Shown here in pieces: positions 13,350 through 26,003 of a stretch of 64,000 bases of DNA. The stretch comes from Aplysia californica. Its lineage: Eukaryota. The stretch is taken from contig NW_004797288.1 of assembly GCF_000002075.1 (NCBI RefSeq), positions 2,452,524 to 2,516,523 on the forward strand, given 5' to 3'. Position numbers and translations under genes: made by a program. How positions within the stretch are numbered: position 1 is the first letter of the stretch; every line of letters starts with the position of its first letter. Under the pieces are notes generated by a model. It did no database searches. It saw only the letters and a list, made by a program, of their open reading frames with translations, and was not told the origin of the DNA.

Positions 13350-13743
13350 TCATATAGTTAAGTAGAGGGATTTACGGCCCCCGCAACTGCATACGGTCAC
13401 ATGAGCGCCAAGGGGTGGGTGTCAACAGAGAAGTCTCTTCAGGGAATCAGACTCACTCTGCTCACCTCTCTAGTTTCAACAGCACAAAGTCTGCTTCCAT
13501 TATCAAGGCACCCCGGAAATAGCGGGTCACAAGAGTGTGACAAACATACAAAAGAAGTAGAGAAAAATGACAATAGTAAGGATTAGGAAAGAAAAAGCAG
13601 CAGTTCCCTGATGTAGTTCAGGCAGATATGAGCGTGACAAGATGAATCAGCCCATTTACAATTCTGCTGTGGATGAACGAGAAATGTCCCCCCTTTGGGA
13701 AAGGCCTAAAGACACTACAGTCAGTGGCACAGCCCCGGGGGGT
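13350..13743 (-). mobile_element. Retroposon family B (about 390 bp, CCCCGGGG 5' end, shared tail), KRIT1 intron 15
   Basis: 12-bp TSD ACATAAAGAAAG at 13338-49 and 13744-55; homologous to copies at 14667, 50810, 52469 and 63010. Confidence 0.9.
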
Positions 13744-14230
13744 ACATAAAGAAAGAAGAATCTGTGTTTACCATTATTCGACCTGAAACATAATCCAGAG
13801 TCACTTTCGGGCACATTACCACAATGATTAACAAACACATCTTTTGAAGTAAAATAAATGTCCAAGACAATCACCTGAACAAATGACCACTTTCCATTTT
13901 TACCCCTTCCCATATTTTTATATTGTACTGACACTTTCCAAGATGTCCATCTGTCCAACTTTTACCACTCTTCACCATAACAATAGGTGGCCATCTTGAA
14001 ACACTTTCAACTGTATCAGACCTACTTTATGAAACACATAGCAGATTTTTTTTTTTAATGCAGTTTCCACATTCCCACCAAACAGGTAAAATTAATAAAA
14101 ATTACAAAGGAATAAGAAAACTTTTCGAAGAAGCACTACACAAAATTTGGTAAATGTTACTGAAATTTTCTTATGTCGGTTACCATTCCACTGTCACATA
14201 TAAACATATGGAAGAAAAAGTGATACACAC

Positions 14231-14323
14231 CTTGCGTTGATGTGACGTGATGTTGCCAGTGAAGAATGCAGATCCATAGACCATCAGACGCTGGCAGATG
14301 CTTAGAAAGTGTGACTTGAGTTG
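14231..14323 (-). CDS. KRIT1: KRIT1 coding exon 15 (FERM F2/F3)
   Basis: QLKSHFLSICQRLMVYGSAFFTGNITSHQRK (human FLQNCWEIPTYGAAFFTG); phase 0 to 0. Confidence 0.93.
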
Positions 14324-14666
14324 CTGTAGAGATGCAATAGATTAAATGAGCATGATAAGTTATAAGAGAACAGCAACTTTACATTTCTTGAGGATAACTG
14401 ACAAATTAAACAGACATCACAAAGGTCACCCGGGGCAAAGAAACTCTGCAAGCCGTAAGAGCAACAACTCTCTAAAATATGAACTTGTAAATTCCAAAAA
14501 CAAAAAACAACTCAGAAAAGACAGAAATTAAAAATTGTAAAGCCAATACAGTCTGCTTTCTATTCGGGATATGCACTAAAACAACACAATCTGTTGATAT
14601 CATTATCAACAAACGGATATGCAAGACGCAACATAGAGCAGCTACACCAGACACACTCACCACTTA

Positions 14667-15174
14667 GTTTTAGTAGAGGTTTTACGGAGCTCGCAACTGC
14701 CTATGGTCATATGAGCGCCAAGGGGTGGGTGTCAACAGAGAAGTCTTTACAGGGAATCAGACTTAGACTGCTCACCTCTCTAGCTTCAACAGCACAAGGT
14801 CTGCTTCGACTATCAAGGCACCCCAAAATAGCAGGTCACAAGGGAGTGACAAACATACAAAAGAAGTAGAGGAAAATGACAATAGTAAGGATCAGGAAAG
14901 AAAAAGCAGCAGTTCCCTGTTGTAGATCAGGCACAGTTATGAGCGTGACATGAGTCAGCCCATTTACAATTCTACTATGCTTGAACGAGATATGTCCCCC
15001 CTTTGGGAATGGCCTAAAGACACTTCAGTTAGTGGCACTGCCCCGGGGGGTAGAAGATTAGAGCTGTTACAAGAGAGTAACAAACATAAAAAAGAAGAAG
15101 GGGAGGGAGATAAGGACGATAGATGTATGATAGGAAAGAAGAAGTAAACCACACCAGAGAATCCGCCAACCACC
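14667..15174 (-). mobile_element. Chimeric C+B retroposon, KRIT1 intron 14
   Basis: Tail plus B body at 14667-15050 fused directly to C body at 15051-15174; 15-bp TSD CACACTCACCACTTA at 14652-66 and 15175-89. Confidence 0.88.
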
Positions 15175-16010
15175 CACACTCACCACTTAAAAGATAGATA
15201 AATACATTGACAAATAGAAAACATACTTCCTTTAAGACAAGAGATAGGGCATATGGCGCTTCAATAACCTAGGAAGGGCCTTGTTCACAGAAGTTGTTCC
15301 TAAAACAGTCACAGAGGTACAAGGAGTAGGCACCCTTGTTGACTCGGTAAGGTACAGGATTACGTTGCAAACAACACAGAATTGATTCAGATTACAAACC
15401 ATAGTTAGTTTACAGAGCTTTAAAAGCTCTCATACAAACTAACGAGAATAGGACATACACCTGAAGTGCTGTTTCATAATTATTCTCAACTGCATTCAAA
15501 GGGGAGTAAAACAAAAAACACCACACACAAGTACAACATACACACACACACACACACACACACGAACACACACATGCAGGCACGCGCGTGCGTGCGGGAG
15601 CATGCAATGTTTTCCTCTTCACTTTTCATGCTCTCATATCCAGTGCGACTGCACCCTCTCAGAGGTATCTGTTGCAAAGTCATGGCATGCCCCAGTTTCA
15701 AAACACAATTGACACAGCGTTTAGGTGACTTGGCACGGAGGTGTGTCCTTAACCAAGACATGATAACCCTAGCTCAAAAAGCAGGGTGCTGCACAGTGGC
15801 GACCGGCAATAGTGTGTCGATTGTCTATGTTTGTGATATTATGTACTATTCATGCATTAATGTATTGATGTATTAGGGTATTTATGTACACCTCTGAGGA
15901 ACAAATTTCCCTAGGAGGTATACATAAAACATAATTTATCAAATTTATCCTATATTTCTCAGGGCTACCTTCAAACTCCTTGTGTTCTCTTATGTGACAA
16001 ACACAAAACC

Positions 16011-16500
16011 GGGGGCTCTCGTTGCCTAGGGGTAAAGATGTTCGCCTCTCATTCAATAGGTCCCGAGTTCGAATCCAGATAGCGTGGAAATTGTTGTACT
16101 CTAAAAAAATTGTCTCCTTTCACCTCCTTTCCTGCTTTCTAGCAATGTTCTGTCATCTGCTTTTGTCTTCACTTTCAGCCCCCACTCCTCACCTCCTTTG
16201 CTCCCTCCTCTGGGCTCCTGACTCTTTCTGCAGCCTTTCTATTGCTACTCCTTCGTTCTTTCTTACCCTGTCTTTCAGCAACACCCCTGTTTTTATGAAA
16301 GGAAAGATCTACACCTAGCCTTCTCAGACAAGGGCGGAAAAATCTCTGACATCACATGTGCAAGTTGCACATGTTAAAGATCCCTTGGTGGTCCAAAATC
16401 AATAAGAGTAGGCTTCAGCCACTACCCGAGCAAAATTTCTTACCAACTGAAAATGTTTAATGTGTCCCGCACGCTCATATGACCTTACGCACTTGTGAAC
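16011..16500 (+). mobile_element. SINE family A, diverged, KRIT1 intron 14
   Basis: GGGGGCTCTCGTTGCCTAGGGGTAAAG head, GTTAAAGATCCCTTGGTGG core, degenerate tail. Confidence 0.85.
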
Positions 16501-16580
16501 TACTCACTTCTTCTCTAAATCTCTCTCTTTCACTGTCCTACCTAACCCATCCTTTTGAAGAGAACAACCCTTCACCTCAC

Positions 16581-16701
16581 CTGCTGTGGAATGTCCTTGA
16601 CATTGTTGTACTCTTTAGAGATCTGTTTGATCCAGTGGCTCAGCTGGTTGTTCCTCAGTGAGGCAGCAGGGATCATCTCCTTCAGCTGGCCCATGTTTAG
16701 A
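16581..16701 (-). CDS. KRIT1: KRIT1 coding exon 14 (FERM F2)
   Basis: LNMGQLKEMIPAASLRNNQLSHWIKQISKEYNNVKDIPQQ (human [28 protein letters not shown]); phase 2 to 0. Confidence 0.92.
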
Positions 16702-18050
16702 CTGAAACACAGGAGCATGTTTTAAAACAAATTTTAAGTTTCTAAAAAAGCACATCGACAAAATAACTGTCATTTAAACGCTGGAAAATTTAAACCTATA
16801 CTTCTGTCTAGGAGTAAAAAATAACAAAAAACTTCAGAGGTAGTATCCTTTTGAGAAATGCATGCATTTGTGAGCGAGTCTGAGACCGACCGTACTTACA
16901 GCACACAGCACATTCCAGCTCTGTTAAAGTAATGGAGCACACTGAAAATTTATAGAGTGCACTAAAAATAAATACACAGCAAAAATCATTAGCCATAATG
17001 TTCACAAGGTAGCACCATTTGGTGAAAACGAATACCTGATAAGAATAGAAAGGGTCAGTAAAATAAAGGCTCCAAGACCCCTTGAGGTGGCTTCAAGAAA
17101 AAAAAAAAACCAGCAGGACATAAGCATGATACAGAGTTTGGGTAATTTCTAAAGACAACAACTCTGGTTTAACCATTTAACACTGACAGCAGCATCGCCC
17201 TGAGTCTATCGATTCACACCTAGATCTGCATTGCACGGCGTTTCAATCCCTGAACGCGTGACACTGCCGTGATAAGCATTTCTATGAGGTCTAGGCAAGA
17301 AGAATGTCCAATCAGAACAGACAGAAAACAAGGCTAAAAAGAGAAATTACAGTTGTTCTTTCTTTGAGCTTTTGAATGGTTGAAATTTACCAAGACATAG
17401 TGAGTGTGAATATTTATAGTAAGTATAACAAAATAGAGGGTGTGCTGGACAAATCCAAGGAAAATTTGAAAATACATAAAAATTCAGCACATGAAGTAAT
17501 CTCAACCAAACAAAGACAGGTTGCAAGTTAATTCTTCTGTCTAGCGTAATATTTTTCAATCACTAGAGGATTTAGATATTCTTAATTTTGACGAAACAGA
17601 AGGGTAATGAAGGAAAACCCGGTAGTCAAAACTAAAATAGGAGAAATAAATAACTTTCCCATACTGTACTGCAGCTGAGACTGTAAACTGGCTGGCTCGT
17701 TGGAAGTAAAACTCTTTTCCTAACATCGTTGCACTTTTTTAACCACATCATTTTGTAAATAATGTTTTTAATGGAATTTTTTTTAAACATCTATGATATT
17801 TTTCGGGGATTATCTCTCCTTTCACGGAATTTGGAGGCATGTACATGCATAAGGACAAATCCCCAGGAACTAACTGATTAAAGCTCCCCAGTCATTTTAT
17901 TCAAATTCTATGTCTTATAATCTCCCCTGCCATGTATCATTATTCTTGGAACTCTGTTTTAAACAATGTGTGACACAGACCCTTTATTTTATTTAACCCT
18001 TCAATAGCAAAAACATTTCGTGGGTCCAGCACAAATCTAGCATGACTCAC

Positions 18051-18211
18051 GTGGAAAGAACGGACTTGACACTCCCAGTCCCGTGGTGCTGTATGGCAAA
18101 GATGATGGAGGCAAAGGTCACAATGTCCCGGTCCTTGCACGGATAGAGGCCATTGATGTAGTTGTAGTAGGCCTCGTGGAATAGTAGGTCTAGTGCCTTT
18201 GGATGTTGAAC
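18051..18211 (-). CDS. KRIT1: KRIT1 coding exon 13 (FERM F2)
   Basis: VQHPKALDLLFHEAYYNYINGLYPCKDRDIVTFASIIFAIQHHGTGSVKSVLS; GTGAGT donor; phase 0 to 2. Confidence 0.95.
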
Positions 18212-18956
18212 CTGATAAAAGATAACGTCATGACATATCCGATTTTTTAAATTAATGGTCAATTGTAAGACATTACTTCAGTTGCCTCAATTGTACTGAT
18301 GACCAAGGTTTCACAACAATAATACAGTAAACATGCTTAGATGCACTGTACAGCGCCTAAAACAAAACATATTACACTGCCTGTAAAAAAAAGAATTGAG
18401 GCTTAATTGGGAACCACATATTTCTGTATTGGGGAAAGGTTCGACAGAAGGCTTTTTCAGTGTGATTCATAGGCTGGCTTCATTCTCTGTGCAAACCTTT
18501 ATTCATTTATCAAACACAGCTTTCAAAAGTCACCATCACTTCTCAACCCGTAGTCTTTATGAAAGAAATAAAGTCTAAGTAATGAGACATGGATCATACT
18601 TACAGAAATTCCATTAAACTTTTCTAAGAAGGATAACAACAAAATTATGCACATGCATATTCCGAAAATGTTGTCTATACTTCAGATCATCATGCTTCAC
18701 GGAATTGCCCAAGTCTTTTTCTTCGGTTTCTCGTCTTTGGTACTGTAAGAACACCTGTTACACATTTCTCACCCTCAGTATAGCAGGATATTGTTTCACA
18801 TTCTTAAAAAATCTGTTATTGAGACATTTTCACATTTGCTCATGTCATACGGTTGACTAAGGTAAGCACTCTTTTTTTTTTAAGATTTTATCAAAATCAA
18901 AAAAAATTATTATGGCAATTGTGTTACTACCATGATGTCATGTAGAAAATTCTCAC

Positions 18957-19114
18957 CTGCTTCTCCTTGTCCACGCTGACCTTGACATTCCTCCTCCACT
19001 TGAGTGAAGGCTCCTCCTCCGAGGGGTTGCGGGCCTCGGTCAACATGTTCACGCTGCGTGTATGCCACTGCTGCAGCTCCTTCACAACCTCATGCTCAAG
19101 CTTCAGCTGCAGCT
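18957..19114 (-). CDS. KRIT1: KRIT1 coding exon 12 (FERM F1)
   Basis: ELQLKLEHEVVKELQQWHTRSVNMLTEARNPSEEEPSLKWRRNVKVSVDKEKQ (human LQLKPYH...RRDVRLPLEVEKQ); phase 1 to 0. Confidence 0.94.
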
Positions 19115-20011
19115 CTGGAATGTTGAAAATTCACATCATATTTATCTTACATTGCTGATTGTACAAAGCTTGCATTCCAACCAACACAACTCAGATAATT
19201 TAGGAGGAAAGTTGTTTCCAAACTGTCTGTTGGGGCCAATCCAGGCTGAGTGAGATACAAGATCCCTGTAGTCAGACAAGGATACCTGATAAAATAACTT
19301 CCCAACAAGAATCAAACACATATACCTTCTTTGAGCAACAGCGAAGAGCGTAAACCATTACATCAGACGCTTTTGACTTTGTTGAAGACAATACAAATAT
19401 GGAATGAAAGTATTACAACAGACCGAAATAAAAATGGATAGCTAAGAAGTAGGACCAATAAATATCACTCCCAACAAGCCAATTATACACACCCACACAA
19501 TAGGAGTCTGTTGAAAGTTGGTAATGACAAAGAATGGAAAAATAGGAACAAATTCCACATAACCCACCATATTCATTACTGTACTTAAACAGGAGAAGGC
19601 TATTATATATAACCTGAGGACTGCCTTACTCCCATAATTCCAAATAAATTAATTCCAATAATAAGTTGGTAGACATTGAAAACAAAATAACATACCAGCC
19701 TGTTTTCGTGTTCTTCACTTACTCTTATTTTGCCTCTAGTGTGTTTTTCCAGTCTTCACTTTCGCTTGTTTACACTACAATTGCAGAACGGGGAAGGGAA
19801 GTGTGCTTGAGAGAGTGGGGGAGGGGCTTGGTACATCAGTTTCTTTAGTTTAATATCAAAACTTGAAATAAATTGCAAGTTGAAAATTCAGTCACCAGTT
19901 CACAGTTCCTCAAATAAGAAACAATAAGACTGTAAACGATAAACTAATGGAAAATAGATGTGAAATGAATGAGTGACACTACAACTTTCCAAGGGCAGCA
20001 CACTTTCTTAC

Positions 20012-20075
20012 CTAAACTCTTAGAACAAATCCAAAGAGTGAAGATGTCGGAGTACTTCATGGGCAGGTTAAATTC
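20012..20075 (-). CDS. KRIT1: KRIT1 coding exon 11 (FERM F1)
   Basis: EFNLPMKYSDIFTLWICSKSL (human YFTIWICSENL); phase 0 to 1. Confidence 0.92.
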
Positions 20076-20177
20076 CTGCAGGAAAGAAAATCATAGAAAA
20101 AAACATTAAGATTCTAAAGAACATTACATAACCAAGCACTTAGGGACTGACAGAGGTTTGCCATTCTTTATAACATG

Positions 20178-20717
20178 TATTTTGGGGGGGGGGGGGAAGT
20201 GTTTTACGGCGCTGACAACTGCATAAGGTCATATGAGCGCGCGGGACACACCTAATATTTTCAGTTGGTAGGAAATTTTGAATTTTGCGCGGGTGGCGGC
20301 CGAAGCCTGCTCTTATCAATTTTAGACCACCAAGGGATCTTTAACGTGCGCAACTTGCACACGGGCCCTCCAAGATTTTTCGCCTTTTGGGAGAAGGCTA
20401 GGAGTAGATCTTTCCTACCAAAAGATCAGGGGTGTGGCAGAAAGACAGCAGTAAGGAGAAGCAGAGGAGTAGCAGTAGAAAGGCTGCAGAAAGAGTCAGG
20501 AGCCCAGAGGAGGGGGCAAAGGAGGTGAGGGGGTGGGGGCAGAAAGTGGAAATGAAAGCAGACAACAGAACATTGCTAGAGAGCAGGAAAGGAGGTGAAA
20601 GGAGACAATTTTAGAGAAGAAAATTTGTCGGTCGTTACCCGGATTCGAACCCGGGACCTTTGAATGAGAGGCCAACACCTTAACCTCTAGGCCACGAGAG
20701 CCCCCCCTCCCCCCGTC
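20178..20717 (-). mobile_element. SINE family A in KRIT1 intron 10
   Basis: Near-identical to the 35103 copy; flanked by TAACATG direct repeats. Confidence 0.9.
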
Positions 20718-21010
20718 TAACATGCAATAATGTCCAAAGAATGTTCAATACCCATGGTCTGAAAGCTCAAAAGATTCTGGCATAAAAAAGCATTTTGTTA
20801 ATTGCAGGAAGGACTTTCTTTTTCTTTTTTTACTTCAACAACTTCTTACATCAATTTGTGACTGCTAAAGATTGACAAAGCCAGAGATACCCCATAAGTT
20901 CTCATGATAAAACTTGAATTTTTACATACTACTTTAAAAATTTTGACCTACGAAATACGACCTTTACATTAAGTGCAATTCACTTGTGTTAGTTTACCGA
21001 ACGTGCATAC

Positions 21011-21115
21011 CTTCATCATCTGCTCATTCAGCTGTTGGACAGTGGTTTTGTACCCAGAGGAAAGCTGTAGACTTTTGCTGCTGTTGTCCATGAGAAAAAC
21101 TTCAATTGATAAGTT
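21011..21115 (-). CDS. KRIT1: KRIT1 coding exon 10 (FERM F1)
   Basis: NLSIEVFLMDNSSKSLQLSSGYKTTVQQLNEQMMK aligns without gaps to human [28 protein letters not shown]; phase 0 to 0. Confidence 0.92.
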
Positions 21116-21700
21116 CTGAGGAAACAAACAAAAAGTATGTCAGTGCAAATGTATTTTTTCACAAAAAAAACAGAGTTCATAACATGTATAGGGTACAAAA
21201 TCCACTGAGCTAAAGACAGGTATAAAATGGCAGCTCAGAAGATTACACAGAGACAAATTTTAAAATTCCTGTATCCAAGTGCTCCAACATTTCCCAATTT
21301 CAGTCATAGAGATAATGTTCCATTACTTCTTTTTTCTTCAGATTTAATCATCGGACATATAGACCACACTTACAGAGACAACAGCGATGTCAAATCTTTT
21401 TCGAAAGTGAAAAAAAAAAATAAGCACTGGCTAATTCAGAAAACACATTCAAACTTCCACTTCACCTAACTTGCTTTCGAATTTGATACACTTCTTTATC
21501 TCTAATATCCATGGATCAGCTGAAAACTACAACACAAAAAGTGTGCCGTGCATTAATATAGTAGGTGCTTTTTCCTCTTTATCACGTGTCAGACCTGAAA
21601 CAAAACATCGGTAATCATGGTTCATCACTCATTTTTCTGCTAGGATGCTCAAAAATAAAAATGTGCTATTCTTGTCTTTTCTTTTCAACCATCTGTGTAA

Positions 21701-21940
21701 CCCTATCCGTACGTCGTGCTTTACTATCGTATCCATACGACGAGGGGAACACTATGCCACCACTTTCCAAAGAGGAAATTTACTCGTTAATCTGATCCAT
21801 ACGCTTTACATAGCAGTCTGTCAAACTGATTTTTTGAGAAATACTGAAAGTTTCAAAGAGATCTTCGTACTAGAAGTATTAAAAAATGTGAAGAATACAA
21901 CCCTGGGGGTGCAAAATGACCCCAGGGCGTATGGATAGGG
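21701..21940. mobile_element. piggyBac-like MITE, KRIT1 intron 9
   Basis: TIRs CCCTATCCGTACG / CGTATGGATAGGG; GTAA and TTAA flanks; subterminal palindrome CCCTGGGG..CCCCAGGG. Confidence 0.75.
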
Positions 21941-22120
21941 TTAAGTTAGTAAGTGCTAAAGAACAGAAAAAAATCAACAGTTTCTTCCCCTGATGAACCA
22001 AGAACTGTATAGAAATGAGGGTTGTGTCCTGACTAAAAACAACATCAATTCAGATCTAGTGCACCAACCACACAAAAAAAGGTGCAATGTTCTCGCTATA
22101 ATTAAAAACTCGGCACTTAC

Positions 22121-22234
22121 AGGTCTCTGAGCTGCATCTTTGATCAGTTGCTCAACTTGCTCATGGCGTGAGGTACGGTTATGCACAGTCGAACAAACAT
22201 CGATGGCTCGTTTCCCATCTTTGTCCCGAATGTT
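22121..22234 (-). CDS. KRIT1: KRIT1 coding exon 9
   Basis: NIRDKDGKRAIDVCSTVHNRTSRHEQVEQLIKDAAQRP (human ...KLLKEAINKP); GTAAGT donor; phase 0 to 0. Confidence 0.93.
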
Positions 22235-22775
22235 CTGTATTACAATGAAATCACCTTTTATTAACACAATTAACAACGTGGACAGCACATAACAATCAAA
22301 ATAGTACGCATTCTTAGACAGTACGCATCTCTAGACAACGTCAATAAAAGCTAGTATAACTTAAAACTTACAAATAAAGAAATTACAGTGGGTCAAAACA
22401 TACGTCCACAAAGACTATTAAAAACTCGTTGAAAGACATGCAATCAACAATACAAAAAATAGAACAGGGCAGCAACCTGAGGATGTATTTGAAATATTCC
22501 TGTCAGAGCTGTTTTTAAATTTTTACGAAGTACATCAAAATTATGCAACAAATACCTGTCAATACAATCATCAATCTTTCCGATCATTATAATAATAATA
22601 GTTTGTCTGTCAAAGTCTGACGATGACCAATACATCCAGAGAGGAGAATATTTCTCAAGCATTGTAGAAGAATTCGAAGAATTAAAGGTAAGGATGACTT
22701 GTGGCTTCTGCTACAGCCGATGAGACCAATTCTGAAAGAGTAACATTTTCCACAATGGTTGCAATCAGCACTCAC

Positions 22776-22929
22776 CAAATCTATGTCAATTCTTCGCAGC
22801 AGACACTGGGCCAGCTGTACATTGCCCTTCTTGGCGGCCATGTGAAGAGGTGTGCTGTTCTCTCCGTCCACCGTGTTGGGTGAGCAGCCAGCACTAATGA
22901 GCTGTTCCACCACACTGATACAGCCATAC
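22776..22929 (-). CDS. KRIT1: KRIT1 coding exon 8 (ankyrin repeats)
   Basis: YGCISVVEQLISAGCSPNTVDGENSTPLHMAAKKGNVQLAQCLLRRIDIDL, with the TPLH ankyrin motif; phase 2 to 0. Confidence 0.95.
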
Positions 22930-23028
22930 CTGATCAATTGAAGTTTGAATATTATGGCCACCCGCCTTTTCATACTTTCCCTAATTTTAGAGCAGGTACC
23001 TTCCAATTAAAGTCAACCCCTGACAATA

Positions 23029-23857
23029 CAGTAGTCTCCGCCTAAGATCTCACCACTCACAATCCTTGTTCACTTACGATCTCGTTATTTTGTACTACAT
23101 GAAAGTCACCCCTAAGATCCCGCTCATTCAGCTAAGACCCCATGTTTCAGATCATGATTTAAGGTAACTGATCAACCAACATGCGAAAACTTGCAATCAT
23201 TGTACTACAAGTTGCACATCTCAATAGTAAATGTCGATGAGTAGGTACAGTGTCAACACAGGATCACAAAGAGGCATGAACTCGTTATTGCATGTGTTTT
23301 CCCAAAAGCATTCCAGCCTCTCACCTTAACTAACACCACACAGTACACTAGGTGGGTAGGGCCTGCAAGGCCACATCAGACGAGATCACATATACCTGTG
23401 GCCTGGTCAATGCTTTGTTTCCCAGACCATTGCATTTGTCTTTCATCTTTACGCCAAAATTTGCTAGCCACACTGGATCATTACTGGTGTGGTCAAAACA
23501 CAGTGGTGTGTTACGACATGAGCAAGGAAGTCAGTCAGAGATGGAACTTAATAAATTTGGGACAGGCGAAAGGAAAGAGCAATGAGATCGATACGGATCT
23601 TGAGACTCACGATTGGATAAATGAAAATGGCATGCCTCATGCCATCGTGATTAGTCGTCAAGGTTAACCACTCTTTTCTCACCATATGTCATAAACCCAC
23701 CCAAGGGTCATGTCAGCTTTATTTCAAAATAAGGGGAGACCATTTTATCAATTGTGACCCTGACCACTTCCCCAGATGAGTCAGTAGAGGTTAACTTCAC
23801 CTAAGATCCCATATTTTTCTGGCTTCCAAGCACCGGGATCTTAGGTGGAACTTTCTG
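23029..23857. mobile_element. Tc1/mariner (pogo/Tigger-like) MITE, KRIT1 intron 7
   Basis: TA|CAGTAGTCTCCGCCTAAGATCTC ... GGGATCTTAGGTGGAACTTTCTG|TA; internal CCTAAGATCCC repeats. Confidence 0.75.
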
Positions 23858-24250
23858 TACTTCCTAGGAACCCTCTAAACAGTTAAGAGATGGACATCCA
23901 ATCAATTGATTCAACAAATGAAATTACATCAAAACACAGTAAAAGTTACTTCATACTGACCAACATGATCAAGTCGATGAGCCAGAATTTTCATACTTTT
24001 CACACAAATCACTCTCAAATTCCTACAAAATGAATATAAGAAATTCATTTGAATGTACTGACTTATTTCTTTGTGTATTTGACTAGATCAAAAACCATTC
24101 CTATATTTATAGTACATGTTTTCAAAGTATTTAGAGCAGTATATAAAAATGGGAATAAATTTACTTATGATTCCATAACAATCTTCAAAAGGAAAAAGGA
24201 AAATCAAATCACTGACAATATAAAATACAGCAAATCACTTTATATCTTAC

Positions 24251-24394
24251 CAAGCTGCGTAGTGAATGGGTGCAAGAGAGTTTGAGTCTGTCTCTGAGGG
24301 ACTGTACCCTTTCTTGAGCAGAATCCCTACTTCTTCTTTATCCCCTGCAGCTGCAAAAGCATGCAGAGGGAATTTCTCTCTCCATCGGGAAGCC
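24251..24394 (-). CDS. KRIT1: KRIT1 coding exon 7 (ankyrin repeat)
   Basis: ASRWREKFPLHAFAAAGDKEEVGILLKKGYSPSETDSNSLAPIHYAA(W); phase 2 to 2. Confidence 0.95.
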
Positions 24395-24749
24395 CTGAAA
24401 AAATGAAATTTAAACTGACAGTTTGACAAGGATGTGCATTTGTGCATTCAGAAGTTGTTTAACATATCAAATTGGATTTTCCTACGGAGAAGGGTTGATG
24501 TGTATGCCTGCAATTATTACACAGAGTAAACAAATGGTTATGTGAAAGGCCAGACACAAAAAGTGTTTCAAAAATATTTCTTTTGTTGCATGCACGAGGC
24601 AAAAAAATGGAAAAAGGGAGAGTGGAAGAAGAAGCAAAGTAACGTACACAAAATCTTAAAGTATATTGAAAAACAAAAAACAAATAAAATCTTACATTAT
24701 GAATTCAAGTCCAATATAATTGCTATATAATTTGATCAAAACAGGTTAA

Positions 24750-25297
24750 CTCATTCTCTGCCCATTACCGATATATCGGCAGCCCGGCCGCACCATTTTC
24801 GCCCATTAGCGATATATTGGCACAGGAAACTGACAAACTTTATTTAGTTCGTAAACGGTTTATCCTAAATTTTTAGTTTCAACATTAATGAATCTAAATA
24901 GAGGGAACTTCCTGTGACAAAATATATCGCACCAGTAGCGTCGTAAATGGAGAGAAAGTTGAATTTGTTGGAGTTTTTGTGTTTGTGAAACCAAAACAAG
25001 AAGCATGGCCACGCCCACCAATTTCATACTCAAAGTAGAATATTTGTTGTCATTTTATTTTTTCCTTTGTGTTGTGCGTGTTCACCGACACGTATCTATT
25101 ATCTCCCTTGCCAAATAAAAATTTTATTTACATATTTGAATACGTCGTTTTATTACATTTGAAAATATGTTTAACACTTTATATTTATTATTTCGTTTAG
25201 TCCTCAAAATCCTTCACAAACATACCCACCTATCGTTCACTGTCAGTTGCAAAGATAAAATTGTGAAAAGCTGTAGTAAAAATGGGCAGAGAATGAG
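24750..25297. mobile_element. TTAA-flanked MITE (piggyBac-like), KRIT1 intron 6
   Basis: Perfect 17-bp TIR CTCATTCTCTGCCCATT / AATGGGCAGAGAATGAG; TTAA at 24746-49 and 25298-301. Confidence 0.9.
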
Positions 25298-25376
25298 TTA
25301 AATCCTTTCATAAATATGCAATAAAAACACGTCTTGAAAGCTAGTCTCCAGAGGTCAAATAACTGTTACAACTTAC

Positions 25377-25465
25377 GATGGGTTATTTGGCGGCGGTGAA
25401 GGAATGCTTATATTGCGATAGTTGGGCATACGAAGCCAGTGGTCATTTACTTCAAAGGAGTTGAC
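25377..25465 (-). CDS. KRIT1: KRIT1 coding exon 6
   Basis: VNSFEVNDHWLRMPNYRNISIPSPPPNNP aligns to human [23 protein letters not shown]; ctgcAG acceptor, GTAAGT donor; phase 0 to 2. Confidence 0.87.
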
Positions 25466-26003
25466 CTGCAGAAGGGGAAAAAAACGTGTAACTAAAAAGA
25501 AAATAAAAGTAACGCTGTAATTAATACTAAAATTCATCTTCAGGCCAAATCTACCCTGTTCATATTCATTTTACATGACTCAAAGAATTTTTTTCAGTCT
25601 GACACATTAGGTTAGTCATACTGACATATAAATATGAACAGTCCATTCAAAGAATCAACAATCAGTTGTATAAAGAAATCATTATGCAAATTTAATAATA
25701 ACTGCACTTTACAATTATTATTAATTATTACTCCAGCAGACCCCAGAACACTACAAAATGTTCTCCACTTTTCAGGGAGCATACAGTGTAAGCAGCAGAT
25801 AAAGCGCTCAAACCTTAAGAAATTGACAACAATTTTTGCAGAGTACCCATTTCCACATGGGTGAAGTGAGGAAAATTCATGTTAAGTGCTTTTGGAGAGT
25901 ATTTTACGGCGCTCGCAACTACATAAGGTCATATGAGCATGCTGAACATTTTTAGTTGGTAGAAGATTTTGAATTTGATGATGATGATGATTAACTACTT
26001 CAC

